This document shows, in pieces, positions 1 through 10,137 of a stretch of 64,000 nucleotides of DNA. A program made the translations under genes and the position numbers. The stretch is taken from sequence record NC_008515.1. One strand, 5' to 3'. The notes under the pieces were generated by a model. That model worked only from the letters and a program-made list of their open reading frames with translations, searched no databases and was not told the DNA's origin. Source of the DNA: Escherichia phage RB32. Every line of letters starts with the position of its first letter. The stretch's first letter is position 1.

Positions 1-2178
1 TTAGGCCGCAAGGGCCTTCATAGTTTTAGCGATTTGGGAAACTTCATCATCACTTAAAGAGTTGCGATAACCGATGAAGTCGGAAACAATACGGAATTTC
101 TTGGTAAACTCAGCAACCATTTTATCACTGTTTTTTGAAGCATTATTTGATAATACATCAAAAAGATTAGTTACTGTCCAGATGTCATGACCAATGGTAT
201 CTTTTCCACCATTAAAATATACACCCTGTAATGAACTAACCATATTAGCGAGTCGTGTATATTCTTCAGAAACTTCATCTACACTGAAGTACTTCATCAT
301 AAAATCTAGCTCAGGATACTTGATAATTTTATCAATATATCGTTTAGCTGAACTTGAATAACCTACATACTTATCATAATCTACATCATCAAAAGCATCT
401 ACATATAAATCACGTAAAGCTTCAAAAATACATTGGCACTGACCGAGTTCTTTTACCTTTTTCTGTAAAAGCGGACGAATAACATAAAATTCATTAATGC
501 CAATAAGATTAGCCATACGAATCAAAATATTCATAGATGGATGACAAAGAGATGTAGTACCATCCATAGAGAAAATATCAGAACGATGCATATACGCTAC
601 ATAACCAGTAATTTCATCTGCTTCTGACGTGAGCGTAAATAATTCCTCTTTTTCCCAGCGCCCGTCTTTAATTTCAAACTTAAATGCTGTAGCAGCTTTA
701 GGACGAGGAGCTTTACTTTTAACTACCTTTGGAATATAGCTTTTAACTAAAGCTTCAATTTCTGACAAATAATGAATGTTAACTTCATCACTTTCAAACA
801 TCGCCATAATGTCAGGAAGCAAATCAATCTGCGATTCTACTTCTGGATTAATAAACAGAAGGCGTTCGTTGTGATGAATATTTAAAGTGTTATTAAATTC
901 ACTATCATCTAACGCATGTGCTAATCCACGGACAATATTAACACGATTTTTAATATTATCAATAACGATATTAATTTTTGTTGTATTAATACCAAACAGA
1001 CGATAACTTGATGCAATGGCTGAAGTTTCATGACTTTGCTTAATGCGTTTCAGTCGAGGGTCAAGATTTACTTCATACACAACTCCTGCATTGCATAACT
1101 TACTGTCAGGTTCAAACATGCTTTGCATCTTTTTATATGACAGATTTTTAGTCGTGAATTTGACTGAATTACTAATCATATAATCTCGAGCAGAATACCC
1201 CATCTTCATCAATTCACGGTATGTGTGACGAGGAGATGTAGATTCTTTAAATCGTTTTACATCTTCATTAAATGCTTTCTCACTAAGCTCTTTAACTCGT
1301 TCAATAATATTTTTACGAGTACGATCATCCAGTGAAAGAGCTTCACGAGATGGAGCAATATCAAGTGAACCCATTGGAAACTTAATGTAATTCACTTCAT
1401 TGCGAATGCTTAGCCAGTTACGGTCTCTAATAACACCATCGATAGGATAAACAATACCACCATAGATAGCATATAATCCACCACGATCAGGCCAGTATCT
1501 TTCTGGATTTACGCCGTAATAATCATCAAAATCCGGAAAATAATCAATTTCGCGGTCAAGACCATTAATGATAGCCAAATCTTTGAATGGTCGCATGATA
1601 TAAGAAACTTCATAAGCAAAGTTTCTAAAGTCTTTTTCTTCAACTGGAACTACGATTTCAATACCAGTTTTATCATCTGGACCCATTTCTTTTACGAATG
1701 TAGGTTTAATCTGTGGTCCATCACCATCCATGTAAGCTACATAACCACGAATTTCACCTTTATGATACGAAGTAATACTAAACGTATCAGTATAACTAAA
1801 CGGAGATTTAGAACCTAAACCAAATCCGCCAATGAAATCGTTAGATTCAGCCTTAGATGAACTGAAGTATGAATTATACAGACCAGGAGAATTATCATCA
1901 CCCTGAATATCAAAATCACTCATACCCGGACCAAAATCTCGACAAACAAATCGCGGATCTAAACGTCCAGGAACTTGTATAATAAATTTTTCAGGATTTC
2001 CATTAAGTGCATGAGCATCAATCATGTTAGTAATCAATTCACGGACTACTGCGCGAATCTTGTTTGTATACAAATCAGATGACAGAATTTTAAATACTTT
2101 AGGAGATGCTGTGATGCTAAATGCTTTTGATTTAGAACCATTACCAAGAATTGTTTCTTTTTCAGTGGTGATAATCAT
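1..2178 (-). CDS. rIIA: rIIA protein (rapid-lysis / exclusion locus)
   Basis: 725-aa ORF starting [14 protein letters not shown]; length and N-terminus match T4 RIIA as recalled; stop codon at window positions 1-3; gene 39 lies upstream as in the T4 map. Confidence 0.9.
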   Translation of the reverse strand: MIITTEKETILGNGSKSKAFSITASPKVFKILSSDLYTNKIRAVVRELITNMIDAHALNGNPEKFIIQVPGRLDPRFVCRDFGPGMSDFDIQGDDNSPGLYNSYFSSSKAESNDFIGGFGLGSKSPFSYTDTFSITSYHKGEIRGYVAYMDGDGPQIKPTFVKEMGPDDKTGIEIVVPVEEKDFRNFAYEVSYIMRPFKDLAIINGLDREIDYFPDFDDYYGVNPERYWPDRGGLYAIYGGIVYPIDGVIRDRNWLSIRNEVNYIKFPMGSLDIAPSREALSLDDRTRKNIIERVKELSEKAFNEDVKRFKESTSPRHTYRELMKMGYSARDYMISNSVKFTTKNLSYKKMQSMFEPDSKLCNAGVVYEVNLDPRLKRIKQSHETSAIASSYRLFGINTTKINIVIDNIKNRVNIVRGLAHALDDSEFNNTLNIHHNERLLFINPEVESQIDLLPDIMAMFESDEVNIHYLSEIEALVKSYIPKVVKSKAPRPKAATAFKFEIKDGRWEKEELFTLTSEADEITGYVAYMHRSDIFSMDGTTSLCHPSMNILIRMANLIGINEFYVIRPLLQKKVKELGQCQCIFEALRDLYVDAFDDVDYDKYVGYSSSAKRYIDKIIKYPELDFMMKYFSVDEVSEEYTRLANMVSSLQGVYFNGGKDTIGHDIWTVTNLFDVLSNNASKNSDKMVAEFTKKFRIVSDFIGYRNSLSDDEVSQIAKTMKALAA

Positions 2179-2188
2179 AATTTCCTCA

Positions 2189-2392
2189 TTAATTCATATT
2201 ACGCTTAATAACTTCAGCAACTTCTAGTAGTTCATCTTTAGTTGCGGTGTCAGATTGAATTTTATCTCTAATATCTTTAAAGCGGTTTTTAAATTCTTCG
2301 GCTTCTCCCATATCGAAAAAGCGTTGAATGATTCTATATTCTCGATGAACTGCTTTATCAAAAAGTTCTAAATTTACTTTATATGATTTCAT
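2189..2392 (-). CDS. small hypothetical protein (rIIA.1 position)
   Basis: 67-aa ORF between rIIA and gene 39; early-type promoter immediately upstream. Confidence 0.65.
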   Translation of the reverse strand: MKSYKVNLELFDKAVHREYRIIQRFFDMGEAEEFKNRFKDIRDKIQSDTATKDELLEVAEVIKRNMN

Positions 2393-2417
2393 TTCAATAT
2401 CCTCATTTGCCCAATTA

Positions 2418-2447
2418 ATTATACCACATCCTTGTGGTAAAGTAAAC
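2418..2447 (-). promoter_or_regulatory. sigma70-type early promoter (-35 GTTTAC, 18-bp spacer, -10 TATAAT) reading toward rIIA.1
   Basis: minus strand reads GTTTACtttaccacaaggatgtggTATAAT upstream of the 2392 start codon. Confidence 0.5.
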
Positions 2448-4267
2448 TACTGGCTCATCCATTCTTTACGAAGGTCAGCGTTATCTCCCATGAGCATTTC
2501 AAAAAGCTCTTTCCAGTTCTCAGGAAGTTTAACAACATCATATACTGGATTTTGAATCATCTCACGATATTCAGATTTTTCCAAAGAGCCAAGTCCTTTA
2601 ATATAACGGATGCTATGTTTAGGTAGAGCATCTTTGGCACTCTCATATTCAGCGACTGTATAAAACCATTCTTGTTTTTTGCCGACCTGAGCGATGATTA
2701 CAGGAGTTTTGACAAAACGAATTCGTCCTTGCTCAAACAATTCTGGCCAATTACTAAAAAATCCGAGCAGAGAAGGATAAATGCTTCCTAGACCATCATG
2801 GTCAGCATCAGTCATAATAGCAATATTATGATAATTCAAGTTTTCAGCTTTTTCACCAAGAACTAATCCAGTGATTGCGCAAATATCAAATAGTTCTTTG
2901 TTTTTAAGCATATCAGCATATGACATACCCCAACTGTTGAGAACTTTACCACGTAATGGATAACCACCATGAAGTTCTTTATCACGAACATCAATAAGAT
3001 ATCCGATAGCCGAATCACCCTCAGTCAAGAACAATGTAGTATCAGCATCTTTACCACAAAGATTCGCTTTAATATGTTTATGAACCTTAGCTTTAGAAGC
3101 CTTTTTAGCTGCTTTAGTTTCTGCTGCTTTTTCTGCCGCCAATTTACGAGCCAAAGCAGCTTCAATAATCGGCATTAAAATTGCTTCATTATTTAGAATA
3201 GCACGTGAAATCTTTTTAGCATCAAGTTGAATATGACTACGAATTTCGCCAAATGGAGAAGTCAAACGCTCTTTAGTTTGAGAATCAAATCGCATGTTTT
3301 TCATATCACGAACAAACATAACGATAGTCAAACATTCTTTGACACGTGCTTTAGTTACATCAATTTTGAACTTACGTTTGATTTGTGGAATAAGGTCTTC
3401 ACAAATATCATCCATAACACAGTCAATGTGATGGCCACCATTCTTAGTGTGAATGTTATTCACGTAAGTTAATTGACGAAATCCATCCGGTGAACGACCA
3501 ACCGCAATAGAACAATTTTCTTGCTCTTGAACAATAGCATGTTCATCATACTGCCGTGCATATTTCTTAAAATTACCCTGAACCTTTTTACCATTAAAGG
3601 TAAATTGAATATCAGGATAAACAACAGCAAGTGTCTGGAGACGATCTAATGTAATGTCAAGATAAACTTGGGACAACTCATTAGTTTCAAATGACATAAA
3701 ATCAGGAATGAAAGTAACACGAGTTCCTTTCCATTTTCCAGGAATATCTTCCCATGATTTATTTTCCATGCCATTTGAACAACGAACTACAATATTATTT
3801 TGACCATCACCAGTTTCACCGACAAACATCACAGAAAAAATGTTTGTCAAACTAGAACCAACACCGTTCATACCGCCGGTGACGCGTTCTTTATCATCAC
3901 CGAAGTTACCACCTGCTTTTGGAATAGTCCATGCAGCAACAGGACCAGGAATTTCTTCACCGGTAGGTGTTTTAACCATCGCCTGTGGAATACCGCGACC
4001 GTTATCTTCAACTGTTACTTGATTGTTTTTAATAGTAACATTAATTTTATTTGCGAATTTAAACTTAGTACGAATACCTTCATCTACTGAGTTATCGATA
4101 ATTTCATCAATAAGCTTAACAAGACCAGGTACATACTGAACACTTTCCCATTTACCAAACAGAAAGCGCTCATGCATTTCATTAGCTGAAGAGCCAATGT
4201 ACATGCCGCTACGCTTTTTGATATGTTCAATATCGCTCAGAATTTTAATTTCATTCTTAATCATCAC
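2447..4267 (-). CDS. 39: DNA topoisomerase II large (ATPase) subunit, unsplit gp39+gp60 form
   Basis: 606-aa ORF; N-terminus MMIKNEIKILSDIEHIKKRSGMYIGS (GyrB-like ATPase), C-terminal ~150 aa correspond to T4 gp60; continuous frame, no bypass gap. Confidence 0.9.
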   Translation of the reverse strand: MMIKNEIKILSDIEHIKKRSGMYIGSSANEMHERFLFGKWESVQYVPGLVKLIDEIIDNSVDEGIRTKFKFANKINVTIKNNQVTVEDNGRGIPQAMVKTPTGEEIPGPVAAWTIPKAGGNFGDDKERVTGGMNGVGSSLTNIFSVMFVGETGDGQNNIVVRCSNGMENKSWEDIPGKWKGTRVTFIPDFMSFETNELSQVYLDITLDRLQTLAVVYPDIQFTFNGKKVQGNFKKYARQYDEHAIVQEQENCSIAVGRSPDGFRQLTYVNNIHTKNGGHHIDCVMDDICEDLIPQIKRKFKIDVTKARVKECLTIVMFVRDMKNMRFDSQTKERLTSPFGEIRSHIQLDAKKISRAILNNEAILMPIIEAALARKLAAEKAAETKAAKKASKAKVHKHIKANLCGKDADTTLFLTEGDSAIGYLIDVRDKELHGGYPLRGKVLNSWGMSYADMLKNKELFDICAITGLVLGEKAENLNYHNIAIMTDADHDGLGSIYPSLLGFFSNWPELFEQGRIRFVKTPVIIAQVGKKQEWFYTVAEYESAKDALPKHSIRYIKGLGSLEKSEYREMIQNPVYDVVKLPENWKELFEMLMGDNADLRKEWMSQ

Positions 4268-4291
4268 TTATCCTCGTTTGGTTTCGGGAAT

Positions 4292-4319
4292 ATTATACTC
4301 CAATAATCATAAAGCTAAA
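4292..4319 (-). promoter_or_regulatory. putative MotA-dependent middle promoter for gene 39
   Basis: minus strand TTTAGCTTTA (MotA-box-like) + 12 bp + TATAAT, 25 bp upstream of gene 39 start. Confidence 0.4.
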
Positions 4320-4331
4320 GGCCCGAAGGCC
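4320..4331 (-). terminator. GC stem with UUCG tetraloop (GGCC-UUCG-GGCC on the transcript) just after the upstream gene stop
   Basis: plus strand ggcccgaaggcc directly 3' of the stop of ORF 4334..4603; same hairpin type recurs at many gene junctions. Confidence 0.45.
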
Positions 4332-4333
4332 TT

Positions 4334-4603
4334 TTATTTAAAACGAATAGTCGAATCCTTGAAGAATAGTCCAGAACATACTGTTCCTTCTACTTTCTGC
4401 CCAGTAGGTCCAATAGCACGAAATCCAGTATGCTGGAAATCATTTTCAGAGCAACCGAACCAATTATATCCAGTGATTTCAATATTAGTAAAACCGCTTG
4501 AAGACAAAACTTTGGTTGCATTATCAGCATCAGTACATCCTATTAAAGACACTGCTAATACTAATGCTGCAATAGAACGATTAACATATTTCATAATTTT
4601 CAC
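4334..4603 (-). CDS. putative lipoprotein (signal peptide with lipobox-like LIGC)
   Basis: 89-aa ORF, N-terminus MKIMKYVNRSIAALVLAVSLIGC. Confidence 0.6.
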   Translation of the reverse strand: MKIMKYVNRSIAALVLAVSLIGCTDADNATKVLSSSGFTNIEITGYNWFGCSENDFQHTGFRAIGPTGQKVEGTVCSGLFFKDSTIRFK

Positions 4604-4971
4604 TTAAATTTAATGGCTTGAAGAAGACTAATAACTCTCAAGCGACTTCTTTCATCTTTAACTGTAAAGGAAAGAGGGTCACCAGATTTCATAGTGATAG
4701 TGCATCCAAAATCAAAATCTTCTGTAACTTCTTCGAATAGGTCAAATTCTTCATCATAAATTAGAACATTACTCTGAAAACTGTGAAGAATTTTTCCATC
4801 ATTTCCAGATGCTGTACTAATCATTGTAACATTATTACCTTTCATATCTTCAACGATAAATTCGCTTGTAGATATTACATTACTAATAGAACCATTCCTA
4901 TAAATAGCAGAAAATAGATATTTCTTTTCTTCACCTTCGCGAATGCGATATTTCTTACCGATTTTAAACAT
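4600..4971 (-). CDS. hypothetical protein
   Basis: ORF track 4600..4977; first ATG is the third codon (MFKIGKKYRI...), 4-nt overlap with downstream gene. Confidence 0.55.
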   Translation of the reverse strand: MFKIGKKYRIREGEEKKYLFSAIYRNGSISNVISTSEFIVEDMKGNNVTMISTASGNDGKILHSFQSNVLIYDEEFDLFEEVTEDFDFGCTITMKSGDPLSFTVKDERSRLRVISLLQAIKFK

Positions 4972-4973
4972 AA

Positions 4974-5150
4974 TCACCCTTTAAGTAAGTCGTAAAATCC
5001 ACCATTCACATGCTTAGGAGCGGAAACTAACCGAATAGCAATCCGATGACAATCAGGACATACATCAGTATCTCTTTCAGAAATTTTCTTGATTTTTTCG
5101 TATTCTTTTGCACAGTCTTTGGATTGACATTTATAATCATAAAGAGGCAT
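4974..5150 (-). CDS. small zinc-ribbon protein (CxxC...CPxC), below the ORF-track size cutoff
   Basis: 58-codon ORF read by hand: MPLYDYKCQSKDCAKEYEKIKKISERDTDVCPDCHRIAIRLVSAPKHVNGGFYDLLKG; fills an otherwise empty 175-bp gap. Confidence 0.4.
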   Translation of the reverse strand: MPLYDYKCQSKDCAKEYEKIKKISERDTDVCPDCHRIAIRLVSAPKHVNGGFYDLLKG

Positions 5151-5152
5151 AA

Positions 5153-5566
5153 TTATTCCTTAAAGTGAGCTTTCAACATCTGATACAAGGACCATGCTTG
5201 TTCATTATTTTCAATAGTAACTTTCATTACCGGGAATTCAGATGGTTCAGTTACTGGTGCAGGGTCTTCCTGCTCTTCAGCAGCCTGATATGGATTTTCC
5301 ACTTCATTAAAGAACTCGGCTTCGTTGCTAGAAAGCCAGATAAAGTTTTCGTCAATGACTGTACCTCGTGATGAATATCCAACTATGCCAGTAGATGTCA
5401 CAATTTTAGTAGGACGCCCGTAATAGTCAACATCTAAAATTTTAAAAGGTTCCATACCTAAACGCCGCGCATAGATTCCGTTATCAGTATGGTCTTTAAT
5501 AAAATTTTCTTGAGCTTGTTTATTTTTGAATTGATACCATTTATTAACTTCAAATTTAATAGCCAT
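5153..5566 (-). CDS. goF: hypothetical protein at the goF (comC-alpha) position
   Basis: ORF track 5153..5584; likely start [13 protein letters not shown] at 5566 in a TAATG overlap with the cef stop; naming by position and size only. Confidence 0.45.
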   Translation of the reverse strand: MAIKFEVNKWYQFKNKQAQENFIKDHTDNGIYARRLGMEPFKILDVDYYGRPTKIVTSTGIVGYSSRGTVIDENFIWLSSNEAEFFNEVENPYQAAEEQEDPAPVTEPSEFPVMKVTIENNEQAWSLYQMLKAHFKE

Positions 5567-5781
5567 TAATAAATTTCCTTCCAATAAGTTGTGCCATTTT
5601 CAGTAATTTCACGAAATACACCATAAATTGGTTGTTTATCACCGACTTTCTCATACACATAAACAGAAGTCAAGTGAGTAAACTTGCTAGTATGTTCCTT
5701 TTGAACTACTACCAAATTTGGATCAAATAATACATCTTCAAATTCATCATTAGTGCAATTCTGAACAATTTTACGTTTCAT
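5566..5781 (-). CDS. cef: small protein at the cef position (71 aa)
   Basis: 71-aa ORF, same length as T4 Cef and in the expected map position; sequence identity not verified. Confidence 0.5.
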   Translation of the reverse strand: MKRKIVQNCTNDEFEDVLFDPNLVVVQKEHTSKFTHLTSVYVYEKVGDKQPIYGVFREITENGTTYWKEIY

Positions 5782-5952
5782 TACAATTTCCTCATTAATT
5801 GAACATTGGAGCGATGCGTTTCAGAAGAGTAGCAGCACCTTTGGCGAATTTTCCATTTTATTCTCCAAGTTGTTTTCTGTATCAGTAGTTGATATTGATA
5901 TAGTACCATAATCAACTACTGATGTATATAGTTTTATGAAAAATTTTAAACT
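5782..5952 (-). promoter_or_regulatory. early-promoter-like region with conserved leader and an 11-codon mini-ORF (possible remnant of a lost gene start)
   Basis: minus strand tggTACTATatcaatatcaact...ttggagaataaaATG, as upstream of imm.1 and the 326-aa ATPase gene, but the ATG opens only MENSPKVLLLF before a stop. Confidence 0.35.
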
Positions 5953-6450
5953 TTATGCACAGCGAGCTTTGCTATAGTGTTTAATCCAACTTTCAGGAAT
6001 GACTTTGTATGTTCCTAAAAATACCGCATTGTACAGCTTAACACCATCTTCTACCCATTGATCGGTAATGTATGCACACATAGCGCGAGTACGATGTTTT
6101 TGAACAACCCCTTCCTCATCTTCGGTAAATTCGAATTCATAAGGAGCAATGAACTTAATAGCCTGACCGAGTTTCCACTTAAAGTCTACACCTACGTGCG
6201 AAGTATCAATCGTTTCAATTCCTTTAGCAGGAACAGCTTTCAAAAACGCAGATTCAAGAAATTTCGCACGAACATAGCCAAACTGAGGTTTAGACTTTCC
6301 ATCTTTAGGAATGATACGCACTTTTACTTCAGAATCTTCATCTTTAACACCATGCTTAAGCTGAATGCTTACAATTTCGACCAATTTTCCTGCTGCTTTA
6401 GAACGGGATTTATCAGATACACGAGCAATTTCACCAATATTAATAATCAT
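5953..6450 (-). CDS. motB: MotB-like protein (modifier of transcription B position)
   Basis: 165-aa ORF at the position of T4 motB (162 aa); C-terminal region shared with the next ORF. Confidence 0.55.
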   Translation of the reverse strand: MIINIGEIARVSDKSRSKAAGKLVEIVSIQLKHGVKDEDSEVKVRIIPKDGKSKPQFGYVRAKFLESAFLKAVPAKGIETIDTSHVGVDFKWKLGQAIKFIAPYEFEFTEDEEGVVQKHRTRAMCAYITDQWVEDGVKLYNAVFLGTYKVIPESWIKHYSKARCA

Positions 6451-6494
6451 AGTTATCTCTCACTTGTTAAAAAGATTTTATACTCCACAGGACC

Positions 6495-6524
6495 ATTATA
6501 CTCTGGTCCCAAGAGTTTGTAAAC
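6495..6524 (-). promoter_or_regulatory. early promoter (-35 TTTACA, -10 TATAAT)
   Basis: minus strand TTTACAaactcttgggaccagagTATAAT upstream of 6450 start. Confidence 0.45.
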
Positions 6525-6526
6525 TA

Positions 6527-7066
6527 TTAATTCAAAATAGCTACCACTGCACTACGAGGTACTACGCTAAAATCACCTGCATGAACAACGTTCAGAAGTT
6601 CAACGCCATCTTCAATCCATTGGTCTGTTACCCAGCCACAGACCGAAATAAATGGAGTCTTGATAGCTACCGCACGAGTCAGAAGGTCAGTAGGATCAAC
6701 TTCTTGGAAGAGGATAATCTCTGCTTCAAAGACTATAGTTTTAATTACTTCATCATTATCTAAGCGGTGTACTCGAATCGCATAAGCTTTATTCTTATTA
6801 TACCAGTTACTTTTTGAAAAGCTTTTAACCACAAACTCGCCTTCACCAAAAACATTAGTCAATGCTTTATAACCCAAATTTAGTTCAGTAGTTTTAATTT
6901 CAGTTTCAACCAGTTTGTAGGTTTTGCCGATTTCAATAGCGGTAGTCATAGTAGGTTCCTTAATTTCCAGTGGTTTAACAGGGCATACATAAGTGCTTAC
7001 AACATCAAAATCAATCAGTTTAGCTACCGGATTTGGTATGTATTCAGGATTATAATTAAATTTCAT
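6527..7066 (-). CDS. MotB paralogue
   Basis: 179-aa ORF; C-terminus CGWVTDQWIEDGVELLNVVHAGDFSVVP resembles CAYITDQWVEDGVKLYNAVFLGTYKVIP of ORF 5953..6450. Confidence 0.55.
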   Translation of the reverse strand: MKFNYNPEYIPNPVAKLIDFDVVSTYVCPVKPLEIKEPTMTTAIEIGKTYKLVETEIKTTELNLGYKALTNVFGEGEFVVKSFSKSNWYNKNKAYAIRVHRLDNDEVIKTIVFEAEIILFQEVDPTDLLTRAVAIKTPFISVCGWVTDQWIEDGVELLNVVHAGDFSVVPRSAVVAILN

Positions 7067-7068
7067 AA

Positions 7069-7608
7069 TTATCTCATTTCAATAAAATCTACGAGTTCGG
7101 CATAGGATTTACGGAACATTACTTGATGCCCACCAATGATAACTTGGTCATCTGGTACTTCGTATACAGCAAGATAAAATCCTTTCGAAGATAATTCTTC
7201 CCGCTCTTCTCGCGTGAACCATCTCATCATATCATACTCACTAGCGAAAGCAAAATGATAAAGAGCTATAAACCATCCTGGAATATGATATTCTACTCCA
7301 ACATAATCTTTCTTGAACTTAGTATTAATTACTATATTAGCGTTTTTAACTAATAGTTTATCTTCGTGTGGTAAAGGAATTCTTTTATTATTATCGCTAT
7401 GATGCATAAAATTAGGTCTGTCATAACCTACGTGTAATAGCCACTCTTCACTCCATGAATCTATTATACTCCTGTACGGCGTTATTTGAACACAAAGATT
7501 TCGACGTATTGTTATAGCATCTTCATAATCAAGAATACTAAACGATGATTCAACACGATAAATTTTCATTTTATTATCCTCAGTAGCTATGGTGTTATAA
7601 TACCACAA
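7069..7608 (-). CDS. hypothetical protein
   Basis: 179-aa ORF, 3-nt spacing to downstream gene, early promoter upstream. Confidence 0.55.
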   Translation of the reverse strand: MWYYNTIATEDNKMKIYRVESSFSILDYEDAITIRRNLCVQITPYRSIIDSWSEEWLLHVGYDRPNFMHHSDNNKRIPLPHEDKLLVKNANIVINTKFKKDYVGVEYHIPGWFIALYHFAFASEYDMMRWFTREEREELSSKGFYLAVYEVPDDQVIIGGHQVMFRKSYAELVDFIEMR

Positions 7609-7626
7609 CTAACCGAGGAAGTAAAT
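7597..7626 (-). promoter_or_regulatory. early promoter (-35 ATTTAC, -10 TATTAT)
   Basis: minus strand ATTTACttcctcggttagttgtggTATTAT. Confidence 0.4.
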
Positions 7627-7632
7627 AACTTT

Positions 7633-8316
7633 TTATCGTTTTGTTGGAAGAGACAGAGGATCGCAATCTTCCTCTGACGGAGCATCTTCAAGACCCATAG
7701 CGTATCGCAAAGCATACTTCATCATCAGGATGTCTTTCGCACAGTCATGAATAGAATTATGCGCAACGAATCCATCTAAAGTTCCCTTTGGAAGGGGACA
7801 CGTTGTCATATCACGAACAAGCAGAAGTGCTTCAATTCTGGTACGAATATCACGCTGATTCCAGAATTTACATGGTTCTAACTTAAATGTATCAAGCTCA
7901 TTCTCGGAAACGCCGTTAAGACGTTGAATATCGCGAATGAGATCGACTAAAATTGGAAAATCAAACGACATTCCACGGCACCAGCCTTGAGATTTCCAAG
8001 GATCGATATTATGTGCATTGATGTAATCATTAAATTTTGCAATACCATCAATGGTGCTTACATCTTCATCTGATGGTGCAATATTTTTTCGAGCTTCAGG
8101 AGATTGATTCTTCCACCATTCGATAGTGCTTTTAGTAAAAAGACGATGTCCTTTTTGGCTTTTTAAATCAAACTTGATTTTAATGCCGCGTGAAACTAAT
8201 TCATCAAATGTTTCAACTACTTCTGGATTAGGGTCAAAGGCAATAACAGCCAAATCAATAACAGCTGCCTTTTCACCGCTTCCCATTGTTTCAAAATCTA
8301 TAATAAAATCAAACAT
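7633..8316 (-). CDS. dexA: exonuclease A (DEDD-type 3'-5' exonuclease)
   Basis: 227-aa ORF MFDFIIDFETMGSGEKAAVIDLAVIAF; matches T4 DexA length and DnaQ-like Exo I motif. Confidence 0.85.
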   Translation of the reverse strand: MFDFIIDFETMGSGEKAAVIDLAVIAFDPNPEVVETFDELVSRGIKIKFDLKSQKGHRLFTKSTIEWWKNQSPEARKNIAPSDEDVSTIDGIAKFNDYINAHNIDPWKSQGWCRGMSFDFPILVDLIRDIQRLNGVSENELDTFKLEPCKFWNQRDIRTRIEALLLVRDMTTCPLPKGTLDGFVAHNSIHDCAKDILMMKYALRYAMGLEDAPSEEDCDPLSLPTKR

Positions 8317-8558
8317 TAAATTTTCCTCGCTAAATCGCGAATTTGGCCTACAGTATAGTCTTGAATATAAACTTTATTAATAGGTTCATCAATAAATTTT
8401 GCCATAGATTCAATATCTTTTTGCATCTCTTCAAGACTGTATATTATCTTTAAAGCTTTTTCGCGAATAGTAATATTTTCAGGACCAGAATTTTTCTCAA
8501 TGACAGCTTTAACATTTGTCATAAGAGATTTAAACTGACACCAACTTAATTCAATCAT
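8316..8558 (-). CDS. hypothetical protein (dexA.1 position)
   Basis: ORF track 8316..8591; internal Met at 8558 limits the overlap with the upstream ORF to 8 nt. Confidence 0.5.
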   Translation of the reverse strand: MIELSWCQFKSLMTNVKAVIEKNSGPENITIREKALKIIYSLEEMQKDIESMAKFIDEPINKVYIQDYTVGQIRDLARKI

Positions 8559-8811
8559 TAATAACCGCCTTATAAAGATGGCTAATTTCACCTAAAATGT
8601 AATCACTGATTGTAACAGTTTTTACTTCACCACAAAAGAATTCTAACGCAATCAAATCTCGTTCAATTTCTTCCAATTGAAGCATTAACTTGCCTGATTC
8701 AGTTTTCACATTTTTGCGATTTTTGCTATAAGCTATTTCATAAATTTCGCTTACTTTATCTTGAAGAAGATAAAACTGATCTTTAGTTATTTCCACGAAT
8801 AGCTTCCTCAA
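8551..8811 (-). CDS. hypothetical protein (dexA.2 position)
   Basis: 86-aa ORF between dda and dexA. Confidence 0.5.
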   Translation of the reverse strand: MRKLFVEITKDQFYLLQDKVSEIYEIAYSKNRKNVKTESGKLMLQLEEIERDLIALEFFCGEVKTVTISDYILGEISHLYKAVIND

Positions 8812-8817
8812 ATTTAA

Positions 8818-10137
8818 TCATACATAAAACACATCATAACGACCACGGGTAACACCAACATAAAGAAGCTGCTGTGCTAGTTCAGCATCTGCATAATGAA
8901 TACAAGGTGTATAAATGAAAGCACGATCTACAGACATGCCCTGAGCTTTATGGAATGTTGACGCAGGAAGTGCTTTCACTTTACTGAACTGTGATTTAGC
9001 ATCCCAAAAATCACTCCACGGAGCTTTTCCGCCTTTGTTCCAATTTTTATAAGTTTCTGCCGTTTTACCTAAAAATAAATTAAACTTATATAGCTCTTCA
9101 TCAGATGAAATTATTTTAATCTTTTCACGATAATATTCATCATCGCCGTAAGTTTCTACTGTTAAATCCCAATGACGAATTAAGTATTCTCCAGAAACAC
9201 CACGAGCTTTAACAAAGGTTGATGTATACTCTGCTTCTATAATACGAACTAATTGTCCGTTATTAAAAATAATTTCTGACACAGGCTTTCCATCAATTTT
9301 ATATGTTTTAATTAATGGTTCCTGCATTACAATAATTTCACCGACAATAAAATCTTTATCAGTTTCAAAAATCTTTTTACGAATAATGCTATTTAACTTG
9401 TCAACAGATTTATTCGTAAATGCCATTACGCGATTTTCAAACAAATCATCTAGTGATTTGACGATTGAAAAATAATTTACCATAAAATCGCGTAAAGCGG
9501 TATCACCAGTAAATCCACGTACTCCATGCCCGTCAACAACTTTATCATAAATCCACTTACCATTACGAACATCAGTAGCTACATCAATAATAGGAGCATT
9601 ACTGCGTTTAACTTCAGTAAGTTCACACTGATAAAAATCTTTGTGTGTAAAGAATGGACTGATATAAGCAGTGTTTTCTCCTGGGTCAACAGGTCTGATT
9701 TGCTTATTATCACCTATTCCAATTATGGTACACCATGGCGGGATAGTTGAAAGCAGAATTTTAAATAGCTTTCTATCATACATTGACACTTCGTCGCAGA
9801 TTAATACCCTGCATTTAGCTAAATCTGGTACTTCCTTCTGTTCAAAAAGAACATTTTCTTCATATGTTACCGGGTTAATTTTAAGAATGCTGTGAATAGT
9901 ACTCTCTTCTTTCCCCGACAGTTTTGAAAGAATCTTTTTAGCTGCATGTGTAGGAGCTGCCAAAATGATACCAGTTTCGCCTGTTGATATTAAAGCTTCA
10001 ATGATGAACTTAGTAAGAGTAGTCTTACCAGTACCAGCAGGTCCATTAATAGTTACATGATGTTTCTTTTCTTTAATAGCCCTCATAACGATGTTAAAGG
10101 CATTTTTCTGGCCTTCTGTCAAATCATCAAATGTCAT
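8818..10137 (-). CDS. dda: Dda DNA helicase (SF1)
   Basis: 439-aa ORF, Walker A GPAGTGKTT; length equals T4 Dda. Confidence 0.9.
   Translation of the reverse strand: MTFDDLTEGQKNAFNIVMRAIKEKKHHVTINGPAGTGKTTLTKFIIEALISTGETGIILAAPTHAAKKILSKLSGKEESTIHSILKINPVTYEENVLFEQKEVPDLAKCRVLICDEVSMYDRKLFKILLSTIPPWCTIIGIGDNKQIRPVDPGENTAYISPFFTHKDFYQCELTEVKRSNAPIIDVATDVRNGKWIYDKVVDGHGVRGFTGDTALRDFMVNYFSIVKSLDDLFENRVMAFTNKSVDKLNSIIRKKIFETDKDFIVGEIIVMQEPLIKTYKIDGKPVSEIIFNNGQLVRIIEAEYTSTFVKARGVSGEYLIRHWDLTVETYGDDEYYREKIKIISSDEELYKFNLFLGKTAETYKNWNKGGKAPWSDFWDAKSQFSKVKALPASTFHKAQGMSVDRAFIYTPCIHYADAELAQQLLYVGVTRGRYDVFYV

Noticed and set aside
2969-4090. Plus-strand ORFs 2969..3178, 3227..3472, 3800..4090 and 3840..4022 inside gene 39
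   Set aside because: Antisense shadow ORFs within a well-supported conserved gene; low-complexity AT-rich translations; no RBS.
2447-4267. Gene 60-type translational bypass (hop) element
   Set aside because: The reading frame is continuous across the 39/60 junction; no in-frame stop followed by a take-off/landing codon pair is required to obtain the full protein.
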